Shown here: positions 1 through 9,911 of the stretch, one piece after another
Numbering within the stretch: the first letter of the stretch is position 1
Layout: each line of letters opens with the position of its first letter
Source of the DNA: an uncultured Planctomycetaceae bacterium
GTDB taxonomy: Bacteria; Planctomycetota; Planctomycetia; Planctomycetales; Planctomycetaceae
DNA: 64,000 nt
Assembly: GCA_963976765.1 (NCBI GenBank)
Contig: CAXBME010000015.1
Span: forward strand, 1 to 64,000
Direction: 5' to 3'
Notes under the pieces: generated by a model
What the model was told of the DNA's origin: nothing
The model's input: only the letters and a program-made list of their open reading frames with translations
The model's database searches: none
Position numbers and translations under genes: made by a program

Positions 1-80
1 TCGCTCTTCATCCCACCGTATTGCTGACGCCAGCGATGGCACGTGGCCTCGGCGAAGTCCCAGACTGTTCGGAGTAGACC
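1..80 (-). pseudogene. IS3-family (IS407-like) transposase orfA remnant, running off the window edge
   Basis: Minus strand reads AEATCHRWRQQYGGMKSE, matching the IS3 orfA HTH motif (xEATYHRWRxQYGGM). Too short for the ORF track. Confidence 0.65.
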
Positions 81-653
81 TTGGCCTTCTTTGGCATGTT
101 CAGTGATCTCGTCCGGGAATGCAGAAACGGCACGGAGCCCCAGAGAACGGGTGTCGCTTCAATAGTCGCTCAATTCGTACGCGACGACAAATACGCTGAC
201 CGGTGCTGGCCAATTCTGCTCGAGCTCTGTGACGATCCTTCACCAGAAGTGCGTGCGAAGGCCGGAAGAGCACTACACGACGAGCGAGTCTTCGGCACAG
301 CTGCGAGTCCGGAATTCCTTCAGACATTTCTGACAACGCAGGCCTTCGAAGACGACCCCGATATTCTGATTGACGCCCTTCAGGATCATCCGGGATCACT
401 GATCCTCTTCGCCGATCTCGTTTGCGACACGGTGACGAAGTCTGTTGAGATCATTCGCGACCCGGAACGTAAACCTGACCGCCGAATTCCCATGATCGAC
501 AGACACCTCAGCACGGTGCTCCTGCGTCTCTACGAACAGGCCAGCGACAGCGAAAACGCGCACATTCGTGATCGATGCCTCGACATGTTTGACGACCTGC
601 TGGAACACCGAATCACGTCCGCGAAGTCGCTGCTCGAAGAGATCAAGCGATAA
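81..653 (+). pseudogene. Probable C-terminal fragment of a larger helical-repeat protein
   Basis: 190-aa ORF with HEAT-like segments (LLELCDDPSPEVRAKA), a weak TTG start and an in-frame TAG at 75-77, directly abutting the IS3 remnant. Confidence 0.45.
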
Positions 654-1084
654 TGCCGAAACACGCCACCGTCGTAACTGCTTGACGCCATGCGGGTAAC
701 GGCGAAAAACGCGATCAAGTATCTGTTAGCGCCGGCTTCAGAGGGCGCGCCAATACCTTGATTGCGTTTTCGATTTGCAAGCAGCCTACCGTGAGAAATT
801 AGGAAGTCGTTCTGCGCACGATCCTATGGCGAATTCTTTGGTCTTGCAGGTTCTGTCCGTGACTCGTGCGGAGAGTTTGCAACTACAATCTGTCGAACAG
901 CTGAGTTGCTAAATCACTCTTCAATTCAACAATCGTTTCTTAGCTTAGAGGCTGACAATGAACTGATTCCAAAGCGGGAGTCTTTCGGGGTTTCGAGCAC
1001 TTCAATTCAGTCGTCTGTCGGCCTCTTAGCAAAACCTGACGCCAAAATAATCAGGACCACCGGCAGAGCCGGGGGTATGAGGAA

Positions 1085-1101
1085 GGCCCCTAAAAGGGGC
1101 C
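1085..1101. terminator. Hairpin just downstream of tnpA
   Basis: ggcccct-aaa-aggggcc, a perfect 7-bp stem. Confidence 0.4.
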
Positions 1102-1113
1102 GTGGGTTAAAGG

Positions 1114-1551
1114 TTAATCAACGTCGTCGAACAATCCACGCTCCTGCTCACGCTCGTGTTTATCCTGTTCCGCGATGTAACGACGAATCATCGCTTCATC
1201 CAATCCCACAGTGTTCACACAATAGCCGCGTGACCAGAAGCTTCGTCCAAATAATGTGCCACGCGTTCGGATCAGTTCCCGGTGAATCCGCACAGCACTC
1301 TTGCCTTTCAAATACCCAACCGTCATCGCAACAGAATACTTTGGAGGAATACTCAAAAGCAGATGGATGTGGTCCGGTTGGGCATTCCCCTTCACCAGCT
1401 CGACGTCCTTCTGCCGGCAGAGGTCTCGCAGAATCGATCCGATCTGTGACCGCTGCTTGCCGAAAAACACTCGCTGGCGATACTTTGGTACAATCACAAT
1501 GTGATACTTGCAGTCCCACTTCACGTGAGTCTGACTTTGCCAGTCCTTCAT
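1114..1551 (-). CDS. tnpA: IS200/IS605-family Y1 (HUH) transposase
   Basis: KYHIVIVPKYR, HUH motif DHIHLL, YLKGKS, FWSRGY, and catalytic Tyr in IRRYI. AAGGAGG RBS precedes ATG 1551. Confidence 0.95.
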   Translation of the reverse strand: MKDWQSQTHVKWDCKYHIVIVPKYRQRVFFGKQRSQIGSILRDLCRQKDVELVKGNAQPDHIHLLLSIPPKYSVAMTVGYLKGKSAVRIHRELIRTRGTLFGRSFWSRGYCVNTVGLDEAMIRRYIAEQDKHEREQERGLFDDVD

Positions 1552-1889
1552 GGCGATCCTCCTTTGGCCTTGCGGGGCCTTCCTCAAGGAGGATCGTCTC
1601 TTTTCTCGCTCGAAATGGCAGAGCCTTGTCAATTCTCACCGGCACAGCCGGTGGCTTAACGATGAGTTAAAAACTTTGCGGTGGTTTCATCCTGAAACTG
1701 CTCCGGTTTGCGCGATCGGTGCGTCAAAAATCTGACTTGAAACTCCACCCGGTTTGTGTCGACCGGAACGTTGAAAAGTGATGACAGGGGCGAGACGTGG
1801 CGCACATCAGTGCGTAATCGTTTGGATGACAGCGGCGATCCGCAATGAATTCTGACGATATCGAAATCGACATTCCCAGTGTAGATAGG

Positions 1890-2576
1890 TCAGATTCTTA
1901 CCGATCTCAAATAGTCGACACCAGGGATCGTCATCAGTAGTCGAACACCGGGATCCTTCCAGGCCTCTTCTCGGAGAGTCGTTTCCTGCGTCTCGATTTC
2001 TTTGTCGACCGACTCAATGAGTCTCAAGTCTGACTCAATCAAGACCCGCTGGTCGGCCGGCAGGTCACAGTCGGCGAGCCAATGTTGGCCGACCTGGCTG
2101 AACAGAGTCTTCACCGGGACAGGTTCGAGCATGCCGGCAAGCACACTTTGGATGCGGTTCTTGAGACGCGTCCGCTCCGAGACCAAGCGTTCACGACGAC
2201 TGGTCAGTTGACGAAGTGATCGCGTCGTCGTGTCCGGCACCCAGACGCTCAGTAGGTAGTCGCATCGGAGCAACTGCGCGAGCACTTCAACATCTACTTT
2301 ATCGGCTTTTACTTTCGCCTCAGTAATGGCACTGGTCTTCATGGGATTGCTCACCACAACTCGACCGACGAATGGTTCGAGCAGGTCGGCGACCGCCCAC
2401 GCATTCGTTGTGACTTCCAGGGCGATCACATCGGTGGCGGTGAATTCCTCTGCAAAATCGAGCATAACTCTACGGGTGCATCCGATTCGTCGACGAAACA
2501 GATGCGGTCCCGACTCGTCGATGGCACACACCTCAACGACCGTTTTGCGAACATCCAGTCCGATGAATTGCTTCAT
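1890..2576 (-). pseudogene. IS110-family DEDD transposase, C-terminally truncated
   Basis: FIGLDV, IALEVT, KADKVD, coiled coil RTRLKNRIQSVL. Ends just after LMTIPGV, so most of the C-terminal Tnp domain is missing. GAGGAG RBS before ATG 2576. Confidence 0.85.
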
Positions 2577-2584
2577 TTTCAGCT

Positions 2585-2750
2585 CCTCGCGTTGCGTGAT
2601 GAATTGGGCGGGGCCACTCGGCACCTACCTCTCCGAGCTCGAAGCTCAACCGGGTGGGCCGTTGGGGTGGCCAGTTAAAAAAGCGGACTCGTGGTCCATA
2701 GGCTCTCTCGGCCGGCCCCCGAAATGAGCAGCCCGTCGCATCACAAGTCA
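2585..2750 (-). ncRNA. IS110 upstream non-coding region, candidate bridge RNA
   Basis: About 165 nt, GC-rich, immediately 5' of the IS110 gene, bracketed by complementary gtgatg/catcac with an internal ctcgg/ccgag stem. Confidence 0.45.
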
Positions 2751-2830
2751 GTGTCAATCATTCCGTCCCCGACCCGGTTCAAGCATCGAACCACGACCAC
2801 CGATCAGGCTCAAGACACGTATCCATACCC

Positions 2831-3075
2831 GTTAAAAAAGCCACGGCGTACTTCGCAAGGGAGTAAATAGGCATGGATCAAGGAATACCGTGACTCGTTT
2901 TCAGTGACGTCGATGTATCGTACTCTCGATGTCAGTACGAGCGGATGCTGCAGGTGGCTGAAGGCTGGGCCCGGCTTGCGGGCTCAACGGTCGGCTCGAA
3001 TCCGCACATCAACCAGGCAGGTCTACGGCGAGTCGCACGGGATTTATGGCAGTTATGAAATCGCTGATCGACTCA
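2831..3075 (+). pseudogene. IS3-family orfA/orfB junction remnant
   Basis: LKKATAYFARE* overlapping an A6G slippery motif (2834-2840), followed by orfB-like WIKEYRDSFSVTSMYRTLDVSTSG...VYGESHGIYG. Confidence 0.8.
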
Positions 3076-3133
3076 CTGCGCCGAGCATTCCAAGGTCTTT
3101 TGCGTCGGACCACGCACCAACAGGAAAGAAGCA

Positions 3134-6100
3134 TTATTGTGGCTGGATATCGTGCAATGCGACGTAAATGCAGGGGATGACGATGAGAATCAGGACGGTT
3201 GAGCTTAGTATTCCGAAGACGATCGACACGGCGACAGGAAGGAGTACTTGAGCTTGTGTGCTTTGCTCCAGTGCCAGCGGTAACAACCCTGCCATTGTCG
3301 TGGCGCTGGTCAGCACAATTGCTCGGAACCGAAGTCGACTGGCCTGACTGGCGGCTTCGATCGTCGGCGTGCCTTCGCGGCGGGCCTGTTTGAGAAACAG
3401 GACCAGTAGGATAGAGTCATTCACTACGATACCCGCCAGTGAAACGAAGCCAATCAGGCTGGGCATGCTGAGCGACATCCCCATCAGCAGATGCCCGAAC
3501 ACGACGCCAATCAAAGCCATCGGAATCGCAAACATCACGATCAGCGGCTCCAGCCAGCTTTCGAACTGATAACTCAAGATCGCGTAGATGCCAAACAGCC
3601 CCAGCAGGAACAAGTAAAGCATTGACGATCCCGTTTCGTCCGACGATTCGCGCTGCCCGCCAAACGAAATATGAACGTCGGGCAATTTCTCTTGCAGTTC
3701 TGGAAGAAATTCGCGGGAAAAAACATTCATCAATTGGGACGAATTGACAATCTCACTATCCGTGTTGCCGATCAGCGTCACGGTTCTCCATCCATCGGTA
3801 CGGGCAATTCGCGACCAACCGTATTGATAGTCCACGTCGGCGACCGCCCCCAGCGGAACCTGTTTGCCACCGGCAAGCATGAACTGAAAATCGGCAAAAC
3901 CCTGCAGGCTATTGCGATCGTCCTTTTCATATTGGACGTTGATCTCAAACTGGTCGTTGCCAATCTGCATGTCGGTGACTTTTGTGCCTTGATAGGCCGC
4001 GCTCAACTGGTTCGCCATCGAACGCACATTCAAACCAAGTGCAACGGTATCGGGTTTGAGTCGCATGCGAATTTCCTGTTTTCCCCGACGCATATCGTCG
4101 GTCAGGTCGTAGACGCCTTCATATCGAGCGAACCATTGCCGAGCCAATTCGGAAGCCGCCTTGGCGTGATCGAGATCGTCGGAAAGAAAGCGAACTTCGA
4201 TCGGCCGACCTGCCGGACCTCGAGTTTTCTCGGCAATCGAAACGGAGATCGCGTTCGGGATCACGCCGACTTCTTCTCGAAGTACCGCGATGAATTCGGG
4301 TAAGCTGGTCGAGCGAGACTCCGGCGGCAGGATTCGTATCGTCACCGTGGCCACGTGTGGGCCGAATTCAGACGCGTCGGTGTTTTGGCTGAAGGTCGAA
4401 ACGGTGGACAGAACCAAATCCGGGACCGTCGGCGTCTCTTCATTTGTGCCGACAACCGGCGGCTGGTTGGGAAAGTGTGCATTCGTTCGCTCGACCGCTT
4501 CGTTGATTCTTCGCACGATCGACTCTGTCTCGCTCAACGGAGTTCCCTGTGGCAGCAAAATCTTCGCATCGACCTCGTCACCTTCGATTTCGGGGAAGCC
4601 GACGAAGGATACGAATCCTCCAGTGAACATCGCGATTGACAATACGAACGTTCCGATAGTTACACCGATCGTCAGGTAACGCCAACGAATGGCCCAGTCG
4701 ACCAGCGAGCCGAACAGACTTTCCCGAACCCAGTCGACCGCGTGATTGACACCGCGGCGAAGAAAGTTGACTTGTTGTGGATCGTGATGGTTCAGCGAGT
4801 GGCCAAGGTGAGACGGCAGGATCAAAAAGGCTTCGACCAGGCTGATTCCCAGCGTCACAATCAGAATGACGGGGACCACGCTCAGCACTTTGCCGAGGTC
4901 GCCACTGAGAAACAACAAGGGACCGAGCACACACACTGTCGTCAGAAACGAAGCCACCACTCCGCCAGCAACTTCGCTAACTCCATCGATCGCCGCTCGC
5001 ATTGAGTCTTTACCCAGCGCAACATGACGAGCGACGTTTTCACCGATCACTATCCCATCGTCCATCAGCACGCCAATCGCCATCAGCATGGCGACCGACG
5101 ACATCATGTTGACCGTCTGGCCGAACAGAGGCATTAGAAAGAACGCGGCCATGAACGAAACGGGAAGACTCATCACGACCCAAAAGCTGAGCCGCAAATT
5201 GAAGAATAGCCACAGGGTAAAAAAGACCAGAACCATCCCTTGCCACGCGTTCGTAAGCAGCAGGCTCAGTCGTTGAGTGATCAGTTCCGACGTGTCCGAA
5301 GTTACGACCAACCGCAGTTGCGGGTTGCGAAGTCGTTCGGCTTCAAGGAATTCGTAGAGTGGCTTGGCAACATTGATCGTGTCTTGCGATTTGGTCTTTT
5401 TGATTTGCAGAATGCCGGCTCGCTCACCGTCCAACCACGCTTTGTCTTCCGCGTCGGCGAAGGTGTCGACGACTCGCCCGATATCCCGCAATCGAATTTC
5501 AGATTTGCCCGGTACACCAGCAACCACAATGTTTTCGATCTCCTGCGGGTGCTGACGCTCTTCGACAAACCGCAGCAGGATATCTTCGTTGCTGGTTTCA
5601 ATGGTGCCGACGGGCAAGTCAAGGTTCTGGACTCCGACCGTCGTTGCGATGTCAGCAGCAGACAGACCAAACCGGCGAAGCGCATCGCTGTCCAGTTCGA
5701 TGCGAAGTTGCCGGTCGGAGAATCCTTCGACTTCAACCAGCGGGCTGACTGGCAACTGACGAAGTCGGCGTTTGAGGTCTTCGCAGTAGTCTTTCAGGTC
5801 TGCAGCCGGCATCGGGCCGCTCACGGCGACTGTCAGGACTGCGACACTTCGGTTGAGCTGTGTGATGATGGGATCTTCAGCGCCGATGGGAAAGTCGGTG
5901 ATGGCTTCGACTTCGACTTCGATGTCACTGAGTGCTTCTGCGACATCAACGCCCTCTTCGATTTCGATCGTGATCGCCGCGCTGCCTTCCTGCGCGATCG
6001 AGGTCACTTTTTTGATATTCTGAACGCTGTCAATCGCGTCTTCGATACGCAGACAGATTCCTTGTTCGACATCTTCCGCCGACGCTCCGCGATAGATCAT

Positions 6101-6238
6101 CGCGACCAGGACTTCGGATCGGTCGAAATCGGGGAACGATTCCTTTTGCAGGTTTGGCAGCGCAAACAAGCCCACGCCAATGAACGACAGCATCAGCAGA
6201 TTGGCCAGCGTGCGATGATGAACGAATTTTTCCAGCAT
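3134..6238 (-). CDS. RND efflux permease (AcrB/AcrD/AcrF family)
   Basis: About 1035 aa; GVLMDDGIVIGENV, GIVVNDSILLV, RFRAIVLTSATT; multi-TM RND layout. Confidence 0.95.
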   Translation of the reverse strand: MLEKFVHHRTLANLLMLSFIGVGLFALPNLQKESFPDFDRSEVLVAMIYRGASAEDVEQGICLRIEDAIDSVQNIKKVTSIAQEGSAAITIEIEEGVDVAEALSDIEVEVEAITDFPIGAEDPIITQLNRSVAVLTVAVSGPMPAADLKDYCEDLKRRLRQLPVSPLVEVEGFSDRQLRIELDSDALRRFGLSAADIATTVGVQNLDLPVGTIETSNEDILLRFVEERQHPQEIENIVVAGVPGKSEIRLRDIGRVVDTFADAEDKAWLDGERAGILQIKKTKSQDTINVAKPLYEFLEAERLRNPQLRLVVTSDTSELITQRLSLLLTNAWQGMVLVFFTLWLFFNLRLSFWVVMSLPVSFMAAFFLMPLFGQTVNMMSSVAMLMAIGVLMDDGIVIGENVARHVALGKDSMRAAIDGVSEVAGGVVASFLTTVCVLGPLLFLSGDLGKVLSVVPVILIVTLGISLVEAFLILPSHLGHSLNHHDPQQVNFLRRGVNHAVDWVRESLFGSLVDWAIRWRYLTIGVTIGTFVLSIAMFTGGFVSFVGFPEIEGDEVDAKILLPQGTPLSETESIVRRINEAVERTNAHFPNQPPVVGTNEETPTVPDLVLSTVSTFSQNTDASEFGPHVATVTIRILPPESRSTSLPEFIAVLREEVGVIPNAISVSIAEKTRGPAGRPIEVRFLSDDLDHAKAASELARQWFARYEGVYDLTDDMRRGKQEIRMRLKPDTVALGLNVRSMANQLSAAYQGTKVTDMQIGNDQFEINVQYEKDDRNSLQGFADFQFMLAGGKQVPLGAVADVDYQYGWSRIARTDGWRTVTLIGNTDSEIVNSSQLMNVFSREFLPELQEKLPDVHISFGGQRESSDETGSSMLYLFLLGLFGIYAILSYQFESWLEPLIVMFAIPMALIGVVFGHLLMGMSLSMPSLIGFVSLAGIVVNDSILLVLFLKQARREGTPTIEAASQASRLRFRAIVLTSATTMAGLLPLALEQSTQAQVLLPVAVSIVFGILSSTVLILIVIPCIYVALHDIQPQ

Positions 6239-6259
6239 CAATTATCTCGTGACAAGGAC

Positions 6260-6322
6260 GTATTGCAGGCAGCTTGTCTGCGGGCGAAGCCGGACGCGCA
6301 CAGGCTGGCAGCCTGTACTACA
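6260..6322. repeat. GTAG-type REP-like palindrome pair
   Basis: Minus strand reads GTAGt-acaggct-gcc-agcctgt-g, with a degenerate inverted partner gtattgcaggcagcttgtctgc; lies between the pump genes. Confidence 0.55.
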
Positions 6323-6329
6323 CCTGCCT

Positions 6330-7712
6330 CTACTGCACGGCAGCTTTCACCGAATCCAAAATTTCGCTGTCGTCAACTGGTTCAATCAAACTCCCTTCCA
6401 CCGCCGGCGACGGATCCGCGATGACGACCTGCTCAGCGGGCGACAGGCCGCTGGCAAGAACGGCGACGTCTTCCTGAAAAAACTCGACCTCCACTTTCCG
6501 TTTCGCCAAGCGACCGTCCTTGTCCACCACGTAGACCGTGTCCCCGTGCAGAGACACACGAGGCACGACGACTCGTTCGCCGATCGATTCGCCGCGTAAC
6601 GTCACTTTGCAAAAAGAACCATCGAGCACCGGCGGGCGAGGCCGACCTGCTTCAAGTTTTGGTTTGTTCGTCACGCCGATCACAACGCCCACTTGCCGAG
6701 TCTGCGCATCGACCGCTTCGCGAACTCGCAAAAACCGGCCTTCGTAAACCATCGTGGATGCGCCCCCTGAAATCTCAACGGTTGGTGTGACCCGAAACCT
6801 GTCTCGCATCATCTCCATCGTCCGCTCTTTTGGCGGCGTATGGTTGGCCGGTGGCAGTGCCAACAATCGAGGCACGTCCGTCCTGGGAATTTGAACTTCG
6901 ATTTCGATCTCGGAGTCACTGATACCTTCAAAAAGTGCTTCGTTGGTCGCAACGAATTGATCGAGTTCCAGATCGACGTTGCCAATCCGCATCGTGAAGG
7001 GAGCCCGGATGACGGTGCGTTCGACATCGCGTTTCGCTTTCTCCAGTTGGGCCTCGGTTTGCCGAACACCCGCCTTCAGCACCTCGATCTGCGGGGCGAT
7101 CAAGGACTTGCTGTTTTCCAAATCCTGAACGACTTTTTCCTGAGCAATCTGGGAGCGTCGCGTGGTGTCGACCATGGTCTGCGATTCGGCTTGGCGTGCG
7201 ACCAATGTTTCAACTCGCTTGAGTTCGCGGTCGATCAACGACAGGGCCGATCGTTCCAAGGCCAGTGTCTTGTCATAGTTGGATCGTGTTTGTTCGAGCT
7301 GGGATATTTCGGCTTCTTTTTGTTCGATGGAAGCCGTGAGTTCAGCAGCGGCGGAGCGATAGTCTGCGTCCTCAATCTTCAGCAGCACGTCTCCAGCATT
7401 GATGATTGCACCCGGTCGAAGTTCTGGATGAACCTCCTGAATGCGTCCAGCGACCTGGGCCACTGCTCGCCATTTCTTCGCGTATGCTGCCGTGCCAAAC
7501 CCAACGATACGCGGTTCAATCTGAAAAATCGAAGCTGCAATGACACTGAGGGCACGGGCGGATTCCGATTCCGTTTTGACCTTGGGCGGCTGACGAGTTT
7601 GAGTCAAATAAATGAGTGCGCCGACCGCCAGCGCAACCGGAGGAACGATCAACAACCGCTTTCCCCAAGCAGCAAGAAAGCTCATCATTTTTGAGCGTGA
7701 GTCGTTCGTCAT
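6330..7712 (-). CDS. RND periplasmic adaptor (membrane fusion protein)
   Basis: N-terminal TM, AQVAGRI lipoyl half-motif, long coiled coil, IRAPF motif; upstream of the permease. Start chosen at MTNDS. Confidence 0.9.
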   Translation of the reverse strand: MTNDSRSKMMSFLAAWGKRLLIVPPVALAVGALIYLTQTRQPPKVKTESESARALSVIAASIFQIEPRIVGFGTAAYAKKWRAVAQVAGRIQEVHPELRPGAIINAGDVLLKIEDADYRSAAAELTASIEQKEAEISQLEQTRSNYDKTLALERSALSLIDRELKRVETLVARQAESQTMVDTTRRSQIAQEKVVQDLENSKSLIAPQIEVLKAGVRQTEAQLEKAKRDVERTVIRAPFTMRIGNVDLELDQFVATNEALFEGISDSEIEIEVQIPRTDVPRLLALPPANHTPPKERTMEMMRDRFRVTPTVEISGGASTMVYEGRFLRVREAVDAQTRQVGVVIGVTNKPKLEAGRPRPPVLDGSFCKVTLRGESIGERVVVPRVSLHGDTVYVVDKDGRLAKRKVEVEFFQEDVAVLASGLSPAEQVVIADPSPAVEGSLIEPVDDSEILDSVKAAVQ

Positions 7713-7890
7713 AGTCGTTAAATCTTCCGAGGCGAGCCGCTTGTGAGGATGACGAAACACAATTGAACTCGTGTCTTGTCCGCGTTGAATGTTGGGGCAG
7801 TGAACGAGACAAAGAGTCCCTGCAGTGCGACAAATTTTCGGGACTCGCTGCCTCATCCATTACAAGAAAATTTAAGTTTCGAAATGTGTT

Positions 7891-8391
7891 CTAGCATTTG
7901 TGTCGGTCGATTTTCGTCAGAATCTTTTTCAGGACACTAGCGGTCTGTTGTTGCTCTCGATGCGAAAGTTCACTGACTGCTTGCTCTGAAGAGGCAATGT
8001 GCTCAGTCAAGGATTTTTCGACGACTTCGATGCCACGTTTGGCCAACTGAATGCGAACAGAGCGACGGTCGTTCGGATTGGGAACCCGTTTCACAAAACC
8101 CGCTTTTTCCAACCGATCGAGTCGATGTGTCATTGTTCCGGAAGAGACCATGACGACGTCGATTAGTTCTTTGGGCGTCATACCGTCTTTATTGCCACCC
8201 CAGCGAAGCGTCGCCAGCACATCGAACTCCCAGACCTCCAGTCCGTAAGGCCGCAGCAGCTCTTTCAGCTCGCGTTTCAATACGTCGGCAATGCGAATCG
8301 CGCGGCCAATGACTGCAATCGGACTGACATCCAGTTCCGGCCGCTGCTTCAACCAACGTTGCATCAGGTTGTCAATAAAGTCGTCGTGCAT
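7891..8391 (-). CDS. MarR-family regulator (PecS/HucR-like)
   Basis: W..QRPELD.SP..VIGR, FDVLATLR, SSGTMTHRLDRLE, DRRS wing motif. Confidence 0.9.
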   Translation of the reverse strand: MHDDFIDNLMQRWLKQRPELDVSPIAVIGRAIRIADVLKRELKELLRPYGLEVWEFDVLATLRWGGNKDGMTPKELIDVVMVSSGTMTHRLDRLEKAGFVKRVPNPNDRRSVRIQLAKRGIEVVEKSLTEHIASSEQAVSELSHREQQQTASVLKKILTKIDRHKC

Positions 8392-8410
8392 ACAAAAATC
8401 GTACGCGTCA

Positions 8411-8447
8411 TTTAGCTGCATGTCAAGTATCTCGATATGCAGCGAAA
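8411..8447. promoter_or_regulatory. Probable MarR operator
   Basis: tttagctgcat-N15-atgcagcgaaa inverted repeat (one mismatch in the arms), about 20 bp upstream of the marR start. Confidence 0.55.
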
Positions 8448-8808
8448 TGGCTGTGGATGGTGGGGAACCTACCTGTTCACCAGGAATTTCAATCTGCCAG
8501 TTTGAATTTCTGGCAGCGCGGCCTTTGACGACTTGCCAGCAAAAGCCAGCGTCTCGGAGCAGATACAGTTCGAGAAGATGCTGCGGCAACCCATGAAAAA
8601 CGGGCTGTGACGGGCGATACTTTTGCCCTTTGAAAGGCCCGAGATTCATGAGCACTTCAAGTTCTCAGCCTTCGGTTATCGGATGAGTGCTGCGGAAAGT
8701 CGATCGGTCTATCTGATCTATCTGAGTGGAGCGCTGATCGCTCCTTGGTCGTGGACGACACTGGCGACCTGTGTTGGTTAGGAGTCAACGCAATAATCTT
8801 GAGCGGGG

Positions 8809-8858
8809 TTGCAGTCCCGGCGAGACGAGCTAGTATTGTGGAGCACAATCGTTTGTGC
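8809..8858 (+). promoter_or_regulatory. Sigma70-like promoter plus LacI-type operator
   Basis: ttgcag-16bp-tagtat, then gcacaatcgtttgtgc (8843-8858), a near-palindrome with central CG typical of LacI/GalR sites. Confidence 0.6.
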
Positions 8859-8888
8859 ATCGCCTTTCCTCGATGGATTTCAGCAGCG

Positions 8889-9911
8889 GTGTCGACTCTT
8901 AAACAGGTAGCAGAAAAGGCCGGCGTCAGCGTTTCGGTCGCGTCCAGATCGCTGAACGGCCACGCGAAGACGTACCGAATCAGCGACGCAACGGTTTCGC
9001 GCGTGAAAGAGGCAGCCGACAAACTGGACTTTCGCCCGAGTCAAACGGCGCGGTCACTTCGGCTGAAGAAAACAGGGTTAGTGGGCGTCGTGGTGCCGGA
9101 CCTGTCGAATCCGTTCTTTGCTTCGATATCGCAGTCGATTGCTTTGTCGGCAGAAGCTGAGGGATACAGCGTCATCGTTGCTGACAGTCGCGAAGAAACG
9201 GAACATGAAATCCGGTTGCTGCAACAGCTTGAAGACCGACAGGTGGAAGCACTTGTCGTTTGCCCAGTAGGAACGCAGAGCACGCATTTGCAGCAGATCA
9301 ACGAAGGCGGAACTCCGGTCGTGCTTGCCGATCGTACGTTCCCCGAATGCGACCTGGTGCAGGTTACCTCGGAGCATCGGGCTGGAGCGGTGAAAGCAAC
9401 TCGCCTGCTCACCGCAAAAGGACACCGAGTGATTGGTGTGTTGCAGGGCTTGCCCGGAACGCTACCCAACGACCAGCGATTGAGCGGCCACGCGGAAGCA
9501 CTGAAGGAAAGTGGTGTCGTGCTGGATCAGTCTTTAATCCGGGGCAACAACTTTACCGAAGCATCCGGTTTCGACTCTGCGAAGAAGTTGCTTACGGATC
9601 GTCCTGATATCACGGCCTTGTTTGCATTCAGTACGCCGAACGCAATGGGAGCACTTCGCGCGGCAAACGAATCGGGGCGTCACGTTCCGCAGGATTTGTC
9701 GATCGTTGGGTTTGATGACAGTCCCTATGCGGACCTGATGAACGTGCCGTTGACGACCGTGTGTCAGGACGTTGACAAGATTGGTCAGATAGCCGCCGAT
9801 TTGGCGCTGCGAGCGGTAGGCAGTTCAAAAGGCAGGAAACGAAAAACACGGCACGACGTCAAGACGCGTGTTATCGTCCGAAACTCCATTTCAAGTGTGA
9901 GAGACTCATGA
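8889..9911 (+). CDS. LacI-family regulator (RbsR-like)
   Basis: TLKQVAEKAGVSVSVASRSLN HTH, ARSLR hinge, VPQDLSIVGFDD; GTG start at 8889. Confidence 0.93.
   Translation: MSTLKQVAEKAGVSVSVASRSLNGHAKTYRISDATVSRVKEAADKLDFRPSQTARSLRLKKTGLVGVVVPDLSNPFFASISQSIALSAEAEGYSVIVADSREETEHEIRLLQQLEDRQVEALVVCPVGTQSTHLQQINEGGTPVVLADRTFPECDLVQVTSEHRAGAVKATRLLTAKGHRVIGVLQGLPGTLPNDQRLSGHAEALKESGVVLDQSLIRGNNFTEASGFDSAKKLLTDRPDITALFAFSTPNAMGALRAANESGRHVPQDLSIVGFDDSPYADLMNVPLTTVCQDVDKIGQIAADLALRAVGSSKGRKRKTRHDVKTRVIVRNSISSVRDS

Larger units (their letters stand above)
1050..1665 (-). mobile_element. IS200-like insertion sequence (tnpA only); ends approximate
   Basis: tnpA flanked by related subterminal hairpins accaccggc-aga-gccgggggt (1056-1076) and caccggc-aca-gccggtg (1637-1653). 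Confidence 0.85.

Noticed and set aside
672..731. Integron attC-like hairpin (taac...tgcttga/tcaagta...gttag)
   Set aside because: Box spacing is non-canonical, it is single-copy and no intI is in the window; an IntegronFinder run would settle it.
906..1670. 254-aa plus-strand ORF
   Set aside because: Antisense shadow of IS200 tnpA with no recognisable motifs.
5240..6424. 394-aa plus-strand ORF and similar long overlapping ORFs (e.g. 6840-7694, 26502-27374, 57589-58581)
   Set aside because: Shadow or alternative frames of well-supported genes in GC-rich DNA.
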